Shown one piece after another: positions 27,541 through 43,039 of a stretch of DNA of 64,000 nt. The stretch is from Octopus vulgaris. Its lineage: Eukaryota. The stretch's first letter is position 1. The number at the start of each line of letters is the position of its first letter. The stretch is taken from the NCBI GenBank assembly GCA_951406725.2, contig OX597823.1, forward strand, positions 88,846,001 to 88,910,000, given 5' to 3'. The translations under genes and the position numbers were made by a program. Under the pieces are notes generated by a model. That model ran no database searches. It saw only the letters and a program-made list of their open reading frames with translations, and was not told the DNA's origin.

Positions 27541-28399
27541 TTCAACAACGGAAAATGTGTTTTATCAAATGGAGAAATAATTTTCAAGCGAACTGCATAT
27601 GAAAATATAATAGTTCTGTAAAAGAGAATACACTATATTAATGCCCCGACAGGTCTCTTTTGCAAATCGATTATTCTGATTCCGTAGCTTAAAGCTTATG
27701 ATCTTAAAGCACTTTTAGGGCTTCACACAGTGACATGCTTAAAATTGCCACAGGACCAGAATATCTGCAGGTGAAGAAAATCGATGAAATTTGTCCTCAG
27801 AACTGGGTTGATTTGAAATCATAAAGCTGAGAGATATAATCGAAAAAAAATATTTGTGAATTGTGAGGTGATTTAGCTATACTTTATTGCAGATCAAGTC
27901 ACCATGTTGAATTCCACTCGTTGACCAATGCATGTTTAACGATTCACAATTGTGGTAAACCTTTATTGGTAATGTGGCCGTGTGTCTTGTTTCTGTATCT
28001 TATATATTACGAAACCGAAATTAAGCTTACTCCAGATTTATATAATACTATAATGCAATTTATGAGGAATAAAATGTATTAAATTTAATATTAACTCTCT
28101 TTTACCTATATAAATTGTTCATATTTTTAGACACAGTAACGTAAATTTCTAAGTGAATTTTAGATCATTGTACCATTCAATTGAATATGCTTCGAGCAAA
28201 ATATCTTGCACTGCTCAAATGTATATTGAAAACTGCTTAATTGAAAAGTCTTCAGTTCTCTCCCTTACCCGTTTCAGAGTAATTTTCATTATCCTAAAAG
28301 GCTTTCCTTTTCACTGCATTTACAATTTCAATTGATTAAGAGTTAATTCCAGTTCCCTATATTACGATATCCAGCCCCAAATGTACATTTGCATGCATG

Positions 28400-28486
28400 T
28401 ATACATACATACATACATACATACATACATACATACATACACACATACATACATACATACATACATACATACATACATACATACAT
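28400..28486. repeat. (TACA)n microsatellite
   Basis: Seen directly. Confidence 0.95.
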
Positions 28487-29104
28487 GCGCACATTCAATT
28501 TTAAACGTCGCTCCAAGAAGTATAATCTTTCTATCATTCCGCACAACTCCATAAATAACTTTTTCCTATTTCTTCTTTCCGAATCCATTCAAATCCTAAA
28601 CTTGGGAAATAGATGTCCTTCCTATTAATCACGTCTTGTAATCCGTCGTTGAAAGATTCAATTTCCGACTATTTTCAATCCATATTCAACTCGTTACTTA
28701 TTTAAAACATTATTTCTTATTCGCTTTCCCACACTAATAATATCTACATTTTCATAATATGGATGAATTTGCTGTATAATAAATCTTTTCTTGCAGTATC
28801 AAGGCATGGACTTCTTGATGGTGCGGTGAAGTCGCTGCTAACAGTGAACAATACATATGCTCATCCAGGCGGGTTCACACATGTAGGTAGTGAGGGTAAA
28901 TTAAGGTTCATCGTCTTACCACACAATTTAACCCCACAATCCAACTAGGATACAATTGTAACCGGCATGACATTATATCAATGATATCTGTGTAAATTCT
29001 TATTATTAGAGAAGAAGATATTTAAGTATATACAACTGACCCTAACATCAAGAGCTACAATATTCAATTCAGTAACTTAATGAATGATATTGAATGATAT
29101 ACAA

Positions 29105-29331
29105 GGCGGCGAGCTGGCAGAATCGTTAGCACGCCGGGCGAAATGCTTAGCAGTATTTCGTCTGCCGTTACGTTCTGAGTTCAAATTCCGCCGAGGTCGA
29201 CTTTGCCTTTCATCCTTTCGGGGTCGATTAAATAAGTACCAGTTACGCACTGGGGTCGATGTAATCGACTTAATCCGTTTGTCTGTCCTCTCTGTGTTTA
29301 GCCCCTTTTGAGTGGTATATAAATAGAAATA
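29105..29331 (+). mobile_element. full-length Meta-like tRNA SINE
   Basis: Highly similar to 10310, 55741 and 57616; gaatgatat on both flanks (TSD). Confidence 0.92.
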
Positions 29332-29779
29332 GAATGATATTGAAGGCAACTAACCAAGCCAATAATAACCATTCTAGCTAAAATAGAAAAAAATATCTTC
29401 TTTGATTGAAGAATAAGATTGTGAAGGAATCGTAGTTAGTGATTTTCATTGTACAATTCAGAGGTCAGTGAACCATGACGTTTTAAACAGGATAACAGAA
29501 CAGAAACTGGCTTTGGATATCAAATATTATATGTTCTGTCTAAATATTTCATTCGTTGATCGCGTGACGGCTTCAAGATTGGATGGTATTAATGTGGAAG
29601 AACGTTTAATGTACATCCATTAAAATGTACTGAAAATTGATTGAAATTCCATTACCGCATATTCACTTCATTTATAATCATCTGTTCCACGTTGGAATCT
29701 GGCCTCAGAACATAAATGATGGAACTAACGCTGCACCAACATTTTCCACCAAATATTTCAAGAACTGACAGGTGTAGTT

Positions 29780-29811
29780 TTTTGTTGTTGATGTGGTTGT
29801 TGTTGTTTTCG

Positions 29812-29843
<32 letters not shown>

Positions 29844-29870
29844 CTTGTTCTTGTTCTTGTTCTTGTTGTG
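29780..29870. repeat. (TTG)n/(TTGTTC)n microsatellite
   Basis: Seen directly. Confidence 0.95.
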
Positions 29871-31549
29871 TTTAACTCTAAATTGGCCTTGCCTGAACAT
29901 ACGATCAAATATATTCCAGACTTAACCACGCTGGAATAAACTTCCAATATATCCTTTCTATTGTAAAGACAATAGATTTTTGTTGCTATTTCTAGCAGAT
30001 AAAGTAACCACATAAATGATTTTTGTTGGTTTGTATTTAGTTGCTTAATTAAATGCATGAGGTTCCACTTTTATGTGAGAAAGTTCGAGAAGTCATCACT
30101 TAGAGGTTTGTTTTTTTCAATAATGCGTCACCTCCATAGCTTTCTGGTTTGCAGAACTGAAATCGATATTTTAACTTGCTTCTGGTAACAGAAGAATCTT
30201 TAACTATCTGACTAGATACTTGAATATGGGGATGGTCTCGTTTATAAAATAGGAAATTAACAAATCCTTTTGATTTTCTGCACTTGGTAGCCTTCTTGAA
30301 AGACGTAAATCAATATCAGGTTTCTTTTGCTTCGCTTTTGATGTGAAAATCAGTAAAATTCCTTCCTCAAATCACACGTCATGTATATTGTAATGACATT
30401 AAAATCCACGGCTCATGGCTACAAAAAGCCAATAAGTTATCTGCTCAGACATTTCACTTCACATAAAAGTCATTAAAATTTACTTTTCAGATCTCTATAT
30501 TTGAGGATTCATACGTTTCGTAATGTTAATCAAACTTAAACCAAATGACTGCAATATCTCTCTTTCAAAGAGAACACATTTATTATTAAATTAGTTTGGA
30601 ATACAATGCATTAATTTTGTTTCTATGAAAAGAAAACGGACGATGAAATGTCTGGAGATTTGCATTGAATATTTATACATTTTTCATCGCATCCATTTAC
30701 GAATCCGTTTTCTACGAGCGCGAATCCTGAGAAGGTCGTGTGAGTAGATTCCTTAATGTCCTCCATAAAACTCCTATCAGTAATAACTGTCATTAAAATT
30801 TCCAGCTGGATTCCCAGATGTGAGCAACTGAGACTATGGATCTTATCCCACTATCTCGATCTTCACCCACAAGCTGGTCTCCAGTTCATAGGCTCAGTTT
30901 CACAATATCCTCTCGTGATTCTTTTCTGTGATATTCTAATCACATGGGAGAAGTGTCCACCGACATATTTGAGATCAACACAATGTTCTGCATAAACAGA
31001 TGCAGATCAATCGTTTCACGATAAATATGTACAAAGTGGGTGCGGAGCCTAATGAGGCAACATCATGAGGAAGAAGGGCTGCTTGTAGTTGTTAGTGAAT
31101 GTCTGCAAGGGGGAGAGATACAATACTGATAAAAGGAAGGAAAAATTATTCAACTTGGGATGCAGGAGTGGCGGTGGCGTGTTATCGGGTATCGGGCAGA
31201 GAATACAGTTTGAGGGACATTCGGCTGCTGTTTTAATTGGTTGTTATTTCAACTAAAATAATAAATCATATTAAAAAATATTCCGGTTTTCTCTCATAAA
31301 AGTCTGATTACCATGAATTGTGTTGTGCATAAGAAACACTGTACGTTTTATGAGAATATATTATCCACTAACTTGCGTAAAAGGAGTTTGTTGCTTTAAG
31401 AATGAATATATTAAGCTCAAAAGATACATTTAAGTTACAATAAAGTAGGATACGAATTTCGAGTGATGTTAAACATAATATGTAGTGTGTCTACAGAGAG
31501 AAACAACGTAAAACAGCTCCATTAGTGTAACTGTGACACCTTTCTACAA

Positions 31550-32050
<501 letters not shown>

Positions 32051-33624
32051 TCAAAGTTCAAAGTTTAGCGTATTAGAATATATCGTCTACAAAGTCATAT
32101 GCTGTGAGATAGGAAATAATATTGAGTATACCTAAAATCAGTATAGTTCCATTATTGTAAATTTTCGAATATATGTGGGTGGAACGTTACACTGGAAGTC
32201 ATTTTAAGATATGTCCCTTACGTTCTAATTTCCACAAGACTCAATTTCTTTGTTTCATAAACAAATGTATCCGTCATACAAAGGCAAGGACTTTAAGCTC
32301 AATTAAACCTCACTCGTAATTTTTGACCGTGGGGTAAATTTTCAGACGCGAAATTGTAAATCATTGTAAAAGAAAATATAATGCGGTACTTGCTATATTA
32401 TTTAGATTATGCAGAAAGATGTTATAAAAATTAAAAAAAGACACATTGTGGCTATTTTAGTAGAGTAGACGCATACTATATATATTTTATAGTCAGTATT
32501 GTGCCAAACTATGGTTTAATGACGTATGTGTTTAATATTCTAGTAAACGTCATGCAATGCAACTAAATACTTCAGTATTTCAAACAATATGTGAACTTTA
32601 CGTGAATCTTCAGCTGAACGTACTTTGTGAAATAATCGATTGTAGACAAAGAAAAAATATAGAGCCATGAATTACGTCAATAACATTGATTTATTCACAG
32701 CTGGCTTAAGACCAAGTTCTACACAGTAAGATAGGGAGATATTTTATAAAATATTCCTTAATATGTAACTGGTGTATATCTATCGCTATATATGACTGTT
32801 ACTAATAACTAACTATTTTATTTGCACGGCAATAAAACAGCAAGCAGTGGAAATAACTAAATTCTGTACAATTCTATGATGTGCATAGTGAAACGACAGA
32901 GGGAGTTATGAAATACATTGAATCATTCAACGATTTTCTGGAAAGCGGGTGTTCTACCAAAATGCACTTCACTTTGGCGGGCTTTATTAAAATGATTAAC
33001 CTTTTCATTAATTGGTTTATGAAGTTGGTTTAATACAAAGGCTCCCATCTAAAAATATAATTGCGTGCTTTAATTAAATATGGATAAATTTAAAACAGAT
33101 AGTTGCTTAATAAAGACCCAAAGGCGGATCCAGGTTAGTTGGTACAACATGATTGATTTAATTTGTCAATCTATATTGATTTCAATGTGTGCCAAGGTTG
33201 ATTTTGTATTTTATTTCTTTGTTCGTTTTAAAAAATAGGACACCAGTAATATTTTTGAAATCAATATAATCAACTGAAACTGTTACATTTTCTGTATGGA
33301 ATATTGGTGTTTTTCTTTAACTAAATTAAAAATACCCAATCTATAATTTATATAACAATCACCTTCCTCTCTAATTCACTCACCCAAAATAACTGGTCTA
33401 CACTTCCGGTGAAATTTCAAATCACAGAGTGCATAAAACAAAAGATTTAATACTGCAATTGTCGCGTGTCTAAACTGTCATCAGCACTTGTGAAAGTAAA
33501 CTTTCTGACAGGTACTTTAGATTAAGATTAGTGTTCGCACGCAACCATTTTGGTATCCTATGTTGCCGATATATTAAACGAGTGGCTTCGCATAGAGCAT
33601 TTTGTAAAATCTAATTTCTTCCAT

Positions 33625-35127
33625 AGGTTTCAGTCATTGGAATGCGTCTACTGTGGGACATAGCCTTGGAGGGTGTTAGTCGAAGAAATTGGTCCCAGTA
33701 CTAATTTATTTTCATAACTCTGGAACTTATATTATCAGGCTCTCTTGCGACCGCTAATTAACGGGTATATAAAAAAAAAACCAACGCCAGTTGTCAAACG
33801 GTGGTGCGGGACAAATGGAAGCACAAAGACACATACGCTTACTCAGTATAACTTTGATAACTTTGATAGGTTTCGGCCAGTATAGGCCCATGCCACGTCT
33901 AACTCAATAACATCACCTGGTGAAGTCTTTTAGTCATATATGGGGCACCATTGCCCACTCTAACAGAGAGTTATTATTGTTGGAGACATATCCGGGTGTA
34001 GGAGGTTGGTCCAGGATGTTTTGAAGAAATTTGTCCAGTAAACATTTGAATTTTATAGCATCCGTTCCCGTTATGACGTATTTTGGTATCCGTTTACGTT
34101 ATGACGTATTAAAGAGAGCTGGACCGGTTGAGGTAAAGTAATTGTGACGTAATATTGCTATGTGTACGGAGTTCGATTTTTGTAGTGGGCGATAGCACAG
34201 GGACCAAGTCTTGGGTGGATTTTAAAATTGATGCTAGCATCATTTGTGCAATATTGATGGAATATTTTTCACATAACACAAATTATGTAGCGCTCCCGGT
34301 GGCGTTGGAGAGAGTAGAGATTGAGTTGTTTTAGTCGACCCCAATAATCAATGACTCTCATGCCGTCTATCGTTTTTGTTATTGATCCCTGGAGTGATTA
34401 TACTTTGATAATAAGTTGTTTCGTATGGAGAAACCAGTGGGCAACAGTATTCAAGGTGGGGGCCAAGCAAAGGTAGAGTAGAGAAGGATGATGGTGTAGG
34501 CATCTCTAGACCTTGCTGTTTACGTGGGAATTCCAGCTTCGATTGTTATCAACAATCACTCCAAGATCTCTGGTATTGTTGGATGTTAGTAGGGGGCCGC
34601 TCGAGGGAAGATTATATTGTAATTTCAGAGTTTCCTCCTTCCCAAAGTGGATCAAATCAGACTTATCCTCATTTAAAAGCATATTGTTTTTTTCCGCGCA
34701 TTGAACAATAGCAAACAGATCTGACTGAAGGTATCTTTGGTCTCTCGTGCCGATTATGGCTTTCTGGAGTTTGGAATATTCTGCGAAGATTTTCAATGTA
34801 GAACGTTTGATGACACCTACTATGTCGTTGATAAATAATGAAGAGGAATGGACCCAACTGAGTACCTTGTGGGACACCACTACTGACCTTTCGCTGAGCT
34901 GAATCGTGTTCCCTCAAACACAACATGTTGGGTTCTGTATATATATATTTATATATACAAATATATATATATAACGAGCTTCCAAATAGTTTCCGTCAAC
35001 CATATTCACTGAGAAGGCACTGGTCGACCCGAGGCTATTGTAGAAGATACTTTGCTAAAATGCCACGCGAGTGAGACAGAGCCACACGTTAGCAAAGCGA
35101 CCTTAACTACAAAACCATGCCTGTGCC
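33625..35127 (-). mobile_element. CORE-like SINE split by a LINE insertion (tail 33625-33838, head 34973-35127)
   Basis: The two halves are collinear with the 15362-15808 copy on either side of the LINE. Confidence 0.65.
33850..34938 (-). mobile_element. 5'-truncated CR1-group LINE, RT relic
   Basis: SGVPQGTQLGPFLF, INDI...KIFAEYSKL (FADD degenerate), LQSDL, RDLGVIVD, PHLEYCC, RLKQLNLYSLQR; 3' tandem repeat (tatcaaagt)2. Confidence 0.9.
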
Positions 35128-38100
35128 TTAGCTATGTTATTTGTTCTCTTGATACCCTTTGCAATGTCATAAGTCCTACCATCTGTCACTTACAATATCT
35201 CCCTATCTCTTTCTCTCAAGTCACTTTCGCCCTGTTCTCTGATAATTCTGATATTATAGAATTTATTTATCTATAATACATAGTCGTAGCTTATCTCTAA
35301 TACAGAGTCGTATCTTGTGATATCGCTTCAGGCACGATTTTGTCCTCAATAAGTTTGCTTGGCAATCGACGCAGCTTTGTACTCGCTCCCACGGTGTTGC
35401 ACCTTGGAAAAGTGTCTTCTATAAACAACATGAAGTTAAGCAAAGGAAAGTAGAACCGAGGAGACAGAAATTCCAACAAAGCCTGTCAGATGATATATAC
35501 CTATTTTTACGGCGTAGACTTAACCCGTCACTTTGTTCTGCACCAGTATCTAACACTTGGATAACGTAAGCGTTCTCTGCCTTGCTGCATGCATTCGGCT
35601 TAGGTCTCTAACTTGAGAATTGTATCTTGCGTTTTCTCCACAAGTTTCCAAATTGCTGGAAAGGTCATATTTTAAGCTATTTCGCCTCTGGCAAATTCAT
35701 AACAAAAATAATAAAAATAATTAACTCTAATGCCACATGTTTAATAAACATGACTACTTCTATGAATTTCAAATGTACTTGATATTGAATTTAGCAGTGA
35801 ACATGCGTCAGCTTTAAAATTTATAAAACAACATCAGGAAATACCAGAGAAATCTCCTTCAGATATTCATATCGAGAAATGCTATACATTAGCCTTCACT
35901 TCTGAACAACTGAACAGTATAAAAAATAATTAATGATAAAATAAAATAGAGTAATAGAAAATATTTGTTTCGAACGATATGCCAAGAAAATCCGTTTGTA
36001 GAAAAATTGTTTGTAAATATCGCTGTCTATCCAAAGAAACATTTTGTTTTATTTTTCCAAGCGATTTTTATGACTCACAAGTTGAATGGCTGATGCAGCG
36101 GTGCTGTCAGAACAAATGAACAGATATGCCCATCAAACCACGGAAAAAAAGACAAGAAATGAGAAAAAAAAACTGTTTCGCTAACATTTGTTTGCGTTAG
36201 TGCATTGCTCTTGGTAAATAAAGTTTAATAACACCTTCAGCCTACAGAAAAATCTGAATGAGGAATTAATTGAATCACAGCATTAGAATGTCATCTTCAA
36301 TTTCATTTAACTTACGTTAGAAACGTGTCAGATGTCATTTCACTGCTTCAGATATCGTTTAGGAAAATTTCTACTTTATTTAATAATAATGCATAATTCT
36401 CATTTTAACATGAATTGGTTTTCTTTCACTTTTTAGTTTCCCCTAATTCTTGTTATATATTAAAAGAGAATGGACGAGGACAAGGAATGAAGCAGTTATA
36501 AAATAAATTGGTAAGTAAAAGGAATTGCGATGTCTCGACATTTAAAACGACAAAAGTTTTTTCACCAAACATAAACACTATTTGTGATTCAATCATATTT
36601 TATTGAGGTTAGATATTTAAAGAAAAATATATATGAAAACTTATAAGTTCAGGAGAGACTACACTTCTTTCTATAAGAACATGATTTGAAAATTGTTGTT
36701 GACGTTCCTTCTTCAAACTCTGATTGTCAACACTTATGTTCAGAAGTATTCTAACTATATTGTTGCATACGAAACCGTATTATCTAAGTTTGATTTCCAT
36801 TTGAACAGACAAGGGCATTTGGTTGCTACTATTTTTAGCCAATCGAGCAAACACGTTGCATCTTCTATGCGAAATCCATTTCCTCTAAGCCGATTTAACC
36901 TTTTACCTCTGCCCAAGATGTCCCTTTCCGTGTAAACGAAATACCTTCTAAGCCATTTCTAGCACTCGCCTATCACGTTATTATTGCTATGCGCGTGTAC
37001 ATGCATATAAATTAATGAATCATTAAAATGAATCGAATGGTTGCTAACCAATTATAAGGAACATCAGATGGTATGGCCCTTTTTCCTGCGTTGAAACTTC
37101 AATACCTACGGCCATCTGATATAAACGTTCATGTAGTGATTCATTAGAAGTAGATAAGCAACACTGTTATATGTCAAGTGCCGAGACATTGACAAAAATG
37201 TGAGGATTTCAGCTAAACTAATTGATTCAAACAACACCATTGCATAGTGCCTTTATGCTCGGATGGGCTTTTTACGTGATAATATCGTAACGCTGAATAT
37301 TTATACACTGTACAAGTGCAATAAATAGAATCAATTCATTGATCTATTGTAATATCGATTTATCATCATCTATCTGGTTGTAAAGTATAAGTCTAAGCGG
37401 TTATGTTGTTAATATGAATGCCTGAATGGATTAAAAGCCCTATGGAACTGAGCAGCTGATGAACTGATACATAACAAAATGTTCCTTGAATCAATATGAC
37501 TAATCACATACAAATTTTTTTTTTCTTTATGTGTCAATTTGTGATTGATAAAAAAGGAATTTACTTTGGAGTATAAAACTTCAAATAAATCGTTCAATCA
37601 TTGAAAAACATAATGGCTGTACAAAATAGATTTCTCTCACAAATTTGAAGGATTTGCCTATTGGCATTTTTTTTATAAACTCCCTTTGAGTAATTCAAAG
37701 AAGCCTTTATAAGCTGCATGGAAGGATTAAGGACCCTTACTCGGAACATATAAATTATATCAAGTAATATCCCTGTATCTTACTATTAACACAAAACACT
37801 GAAATATCTTTGTTTTCTTTGAATTTGATCGATATATATTTTGAGAGGTTTCTTTACCTTATATTACTGATTGAAATCTATTGATAATCCAATCATATTC
37901 TATAATCCATCACAATGTTTATCCTATTAAACAGGTAACAAGCACAATATCGTGTTTTTCTTCGTATTCTTCGTATTACAAGATATATATTATCGTAAAT
38001 TTGTTTTCATATTTCTCCTGTTTTATATTTCATTACACTCCATTTTATTCAATTATACATATCTACATTATCACAATACATATTGTGCTGTTGTATATAA

Positions 38101-39338
38101 TGAATAAAACATGGAATGCCATATAATTAATATTGAAAAAGAAAATATGAGATCCAAATGTTCATGCTGAACTTGACGCCATTATGAAAACAAACAATAA
38201 TGCTTATGTAGCGTTCGTAAAAGAAGTTTGTCTTTGTATTTTGGATGATAACGATATGTCTACATATACATTATCATGGATATGCTATAAGATATAGAGT
38301 GAGAATTTTATGTTTCTTTTTATTTGATATTGAGAAGATAAACAGAAATTCTTCTCCAGAGTATTATACGTTCAGATTTTATAAATATATATTTTTTGAA
38401 TTTTTAAACATATCAACGTATCAGTTTATAAATTTCAGAAATATATATGCAACATTTTCTCTAGATATATAAATTATAGTGATACTCAATATGTGAAATG
38501 ATTCTCAGAAGAAATTATAAGTACAAACGTTAATGACTGAATAAACACATATACTGTGCATTGTTTTTGGCGACGCTTAGTACGAAAAATATTTCTGATG
38601 CCTACTAAAGCACCACAGTTCATATTGAAAAGATGTTATAAGGTTTTCTCTGTGGTCAGCATTTTTTCTGATTTCGTCTCCTCAGTAATTAATAGTAAAT
38701 CATTTCTGTACGATTTATGAGAAAATGACGACCAAAATGAACTGGATAGTTGAAATATTCTTAGCATACCGTCCGTTTTTGTGATGTGAGAAATAGACGT
38801 GTGTATCAAACGTATATGCTTGTATTTCGTGTATGTGCGTATGTATGCGTGTCCGTGTGTGTGTGTGTGTGTATGTGCTTGTAAGCATATGCGAGTGGAC
38901 AACTTTGGACCATCTGATAGAAGAAATTGCAGCATTTGTTTCAACACATTCATTTTAAACCCCACCGTGGTCAACTTTGCCTTTAATCATTTCAGTTTTC
39001 ATAAGTAAATGACCGTCCCAGAACTGGGGTGTATGGTGCTGATGATGATAACGAAGCTGATAATGCTTTTTCTGGTGGTGCTGAGTAGGGTGACGATGAT
39101 AGATGCGGTGACGAAGATGATTTGACAGTGTATACTTATTCTTATTCCTTGGTTTCGTCCTTCTTTCCTTCACTATTTTTCTCTGGAAAGAGTTCAGCTA
39201 TGTTCAGTCCCGGATCGGTGTCATTTCCATGTTGAAGATAAAATAAGCAAATGATGCCCCATGTCATGATGTTGCCTCGTCGACTCTATACAAATTTACG
39301 GCTCCCAGATGCATACACACACACACATATACACACAA

Positions 39339-39390
<52 letters not shown>

Positions 39391-39817
39391 CCTTTCTAAT
39401 GCTAGAACATTAAAACAGATGAAAAGTCGTCTATGGTTATTAACCCCGCTAGAACTAGGAATTATAATTCGTGCAAATTCTTTCAAATTCCATGTATTTA
39501 TAAAATATAGAAAGGAGACGTTCAATCGCAATTACCCCATGTCTGAATAAAATACAGAAGGGTCATATCCGTTATTTTTATAATTGTAGGTTTGGATATC
39601 ATTTTTAAGTATTGCCGAAAGGGTACAAAGGAATGCAAATCTTGCAGATTTTAAGAATATTCAAGGTAAATATGATTATTCCAACTAAGGAAGCTCTCTA
39701 TGCAGTTACTACATTCACCGGAAATGAGACTTAAATCTTCTTTTGATCAAACACCTCGAGCTTGTAACAGTTTTCCTGTATATACATATGTGTGTGTGTG
39801 TGCGTGTGTGTATATAA

Positions 39818-40439
39818 AGTGAGAATTTACAAAAATAAACAGAAGACGAAGATGGGTGTGTAAACTACAAACAGATGTATTAGTTTAACGCTCGGGAAGT
39901 GAGAAAGATATGCGGCCCATATGACATCAAGACAGTATTCAAGAGTAATACAACACTTCGCAAATATCTCTTTCGGATAGAACCACCAATAGAAAAGAAT
40001 ATGACCAAAAACTGCGTGTACTCCATCCCATAGAGCTGTGGTAGGTTACACAAAGGCGAAACATACCGCCCCCTCAAAATAAGGGTAGAGGAGCATCGCA
40101 AAGCTGTGACACGAGAAGATATTGATAAATCGAGTATAGCTGATAATGTATGGAAAAATGGAGACCACTTCCCCTTGTGGCATGAAGTTAAAATAATAGA
40201 CAGAGAAGACCACTGGAAAATACGAAAACTAAAAGAAGCAGCACATATGCTAGGACACAACAACCTTCTAAGCAGACCGAGTGCAGATATGAGTAGCATA
40301 TAGGAACCGCTATTAAGGAAGGATAGGAAAATATTAGATTTATAAGCCCTGAAAATTCAGTCCATAATTGCCCACAGGCGTAGTGGTTAAGAGCGTGGGC
40401 TACTAACCCGAAGATTCCGAATTCAATTCCAAGCAGTGA

Positions 40440-40508
<69 letters not shown>

Positions 40509-41750
40509 CAACAACAATAACATCGAAAAATTCCGTAGGAATGAGAACCCAGGCTGGAGGGTATATCAGCCGAAACGCTGTGCTAACAACAAACAAGATG
40601 AGGACAAATATCAGTCAAATGTAAATATTTTTCCCTTACGTTTGTTTGCTTCTTATGGCCTTAATTCGCCACCTCTCTTCATCTAACACCAACCCCACAC
40701 ATATCCATACATACACACTTCATACTCTTCACTGCCCCTCCCCACCACCACAACGTCTGTACACCGCCTAACTCAGTACCTTCACCACACACACATCATT
40801 GTACAAACATCCATACACACTGTTCAAGTCAGTACCCACACCACACCCCATTACGCACACATCCACACACACACAATAAATGCACTCACACACACCTTCT
40901 CACTCCAGACACACTAGCACACAACGTGTCCCTGTACCAACACAACACACTATTATGCACACATACACAAACACACACTCCTAGCACTAACACGTACACG
41001 CGTGCACACATCATGCGAACAAGCATACAGAACTGCTAGGCACAAGCACTTGCCCACACACACACATACATACATACACGCTCACGATAGATTCATACGC
41101 ATACTACACACACCCTCACACACATATACACACGTCCATACGCACACGTAAACACAAATATACGATACAGACATCACTCAATACAACGCTCACACTAGTT
41201 TATTTATACACATATACACATGCGGTCATACGCACACATAAGCTCGAGCGTTTGCACACACACGATAACCTAACACACATATTATTCACAGCCTCACTCA
41301 CATATACACACGTCCATACGCACATATACGCGCAAATACAGGAAATGCATGCAATAGGTTAATTATACAAATACACCCACACGCTTCTATATGCAAACAG
41401 AGCTCACATAATTTTAAGATCGCCCACACATACATTCACACGCACTCGCCCCCATTCGCACATACACACTGACACACACCATCCTCACATACACACACTC
41501 GCTTGCGCACCCTAGGTCAATCGAGTTACTGTTATTATTTCCCTTTCATTCAACTTCTGTCATCCGGTTATTTCATTACGTTAAATCCCCACGAATAATT
41601 TTCTCCCCGCTTTTTTCGTTCTCCTCTCTCTCTCTCTTTCTCTCTCTCTCTCCCTCTCTCTCTCAGTCTCTCTCTTTCTGAATCCTTTCCGTTGAAGAGC
41701 GTAGGCTCGAAATGTTATTAGCTTTTCCAATCTTCCCGAGTTTCAAATAT
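39818..41750 (+). mobile_element. 5'-truncated Penelope/Poseidon-type element: inverted pLTR piece, GIY-YIG relic, CA-rich 3' region
   Basis: 39906-40320 encodes NCVYSIP*SCGRLHKGETYRPLKIRVEEH..KSSIAD..W.EVKIIDRE..RKLKEA. 39818-39907 is pLTR sequence in inverted orientation relative to 41690-41740. Confidence 0.8.
40365..40626 (+). mobile_element. tRNA-headed SINE with internal (AAT)n and a half-hammerhead-like tail
   Basis: ggcgtagtggttaagagcgtgggctactaacccgaagattccgaattcaattcc (A/B boxes); (AAT)n 40444-40520; GGCTG..CAGCC-GAAACG at 40552-40577. Confidence 0.7.
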
Positions 41751-42393
41751 TTGAAGAACGGATACAGCACATTAAAAATTGTGCATGCAGGGGTGGAGAT
41801 CAGAATGTTGTTAGCATGGATATCCTGTTAAAAAGAAAGATTGTTCATTATGTCCTCTTTCTCTATACGGTGAAAGAAATGACCTGCTGTGCAGCCTTTG
41901 GCTATGAATTTTAGTTACCTATACGGTCAGTTCGGTAGTCTTCTTTCAACTCACCTCGATCCTCCATTGTGACCACGAAGAACACAACTTTAGTTCACAT
42001 CGTTAGCGTTCTCCCACATATTTTATGTTTTAAAATACACCGTGCACACTAGGTTCTCATATTTATGGCATCATTCTGCACCTAGTGTGACGAGGTTATA
42101 TATCCTTCTCAGATCTTGAAATTTCAGAAATTTCAAAGCTGTTTCTGTTGTGCAGACGGAGGCTTAAAGCAATAACTATCCAATATTCTTTTCTCCTCTT
42201 AGCAGAGGAAATTAATTTCATAGTTTAATTTGTGTCAACGCAAATGAACACGAATTACTTCAGTTTCAACATTTTTGTACACACAAAACACACACACACA
42301 CACACACACATATATATGTGTGTGAGTGTGTACGCATGTATGCTTGTATATGTGTATGCGTATGTACGTGTGTTTTACATACCTTCACACCCT

Positions 42394-42436
<43 letters not shown>

Positions 42437-42490
42437 ATATAAGGTATATACATATATCCGTGTGTATATATATATGTGTGTGTGTGTATT

Positions 42491-42745
42491 ACAGGGTAAG
42501 ATGGGTAAATTGTCACCATTTTATATTGTTAATTTCGTGCATGCGCATTATTTGTTTTTGACTTTTCGACTTCACAGTATAGTTGGGTCAATTGTGCACC
42601 ATCTGTAAGAAAAACAGTACCATGATGCAATTCAGTCTGCCACAAATTTGGAAACGACATACTGTACTGCTAGGCATTTGCGCAGAAAGCTCCAACACGA
42701 ACATGTCAGAGTGTTTGGGTGTCAATCTGAGGACATGTACCGAGA
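42491..42745 (+). mobile_element. left end of a Tc1/mariner-type transposon
   Basis: TA followed by cagggtaagatgggtaaattgtcacc (TIR-like) and a short transposase-like N-terminus (..KRHTVLLGICA..ECLGVNLRT). Confidence 0.55.
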
Positions 42746-43039
42746 GGGATAAAAATCAAACACCTAATCAACATCATAGAGTTTCCACTGAACACTTGTA
42801 ATGCTAACGTTATGCCTCAATTCATCTTCCCAACCGACCTCGCACTCAACACGGGACCATGTCCAGATATCTTATATGATTATTAACAGTGCTGTTAAAT
42901 TTGATGAGAAACCATTATTGTATCTAAGAAGGTATTTTCGTTAAGAACAATAATAGAAAAATTGATATGATTATTCATTTAAGAATAGATAAGTTACAGA
43001 ATGTATTGGTGAATGTGCAAGTTTTTTGTAAAACCTAAT

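Noticed and set aside
30790-31050. Possible RTE relic on the minus strand
   Set aside because: Too degenerate to support by eye.
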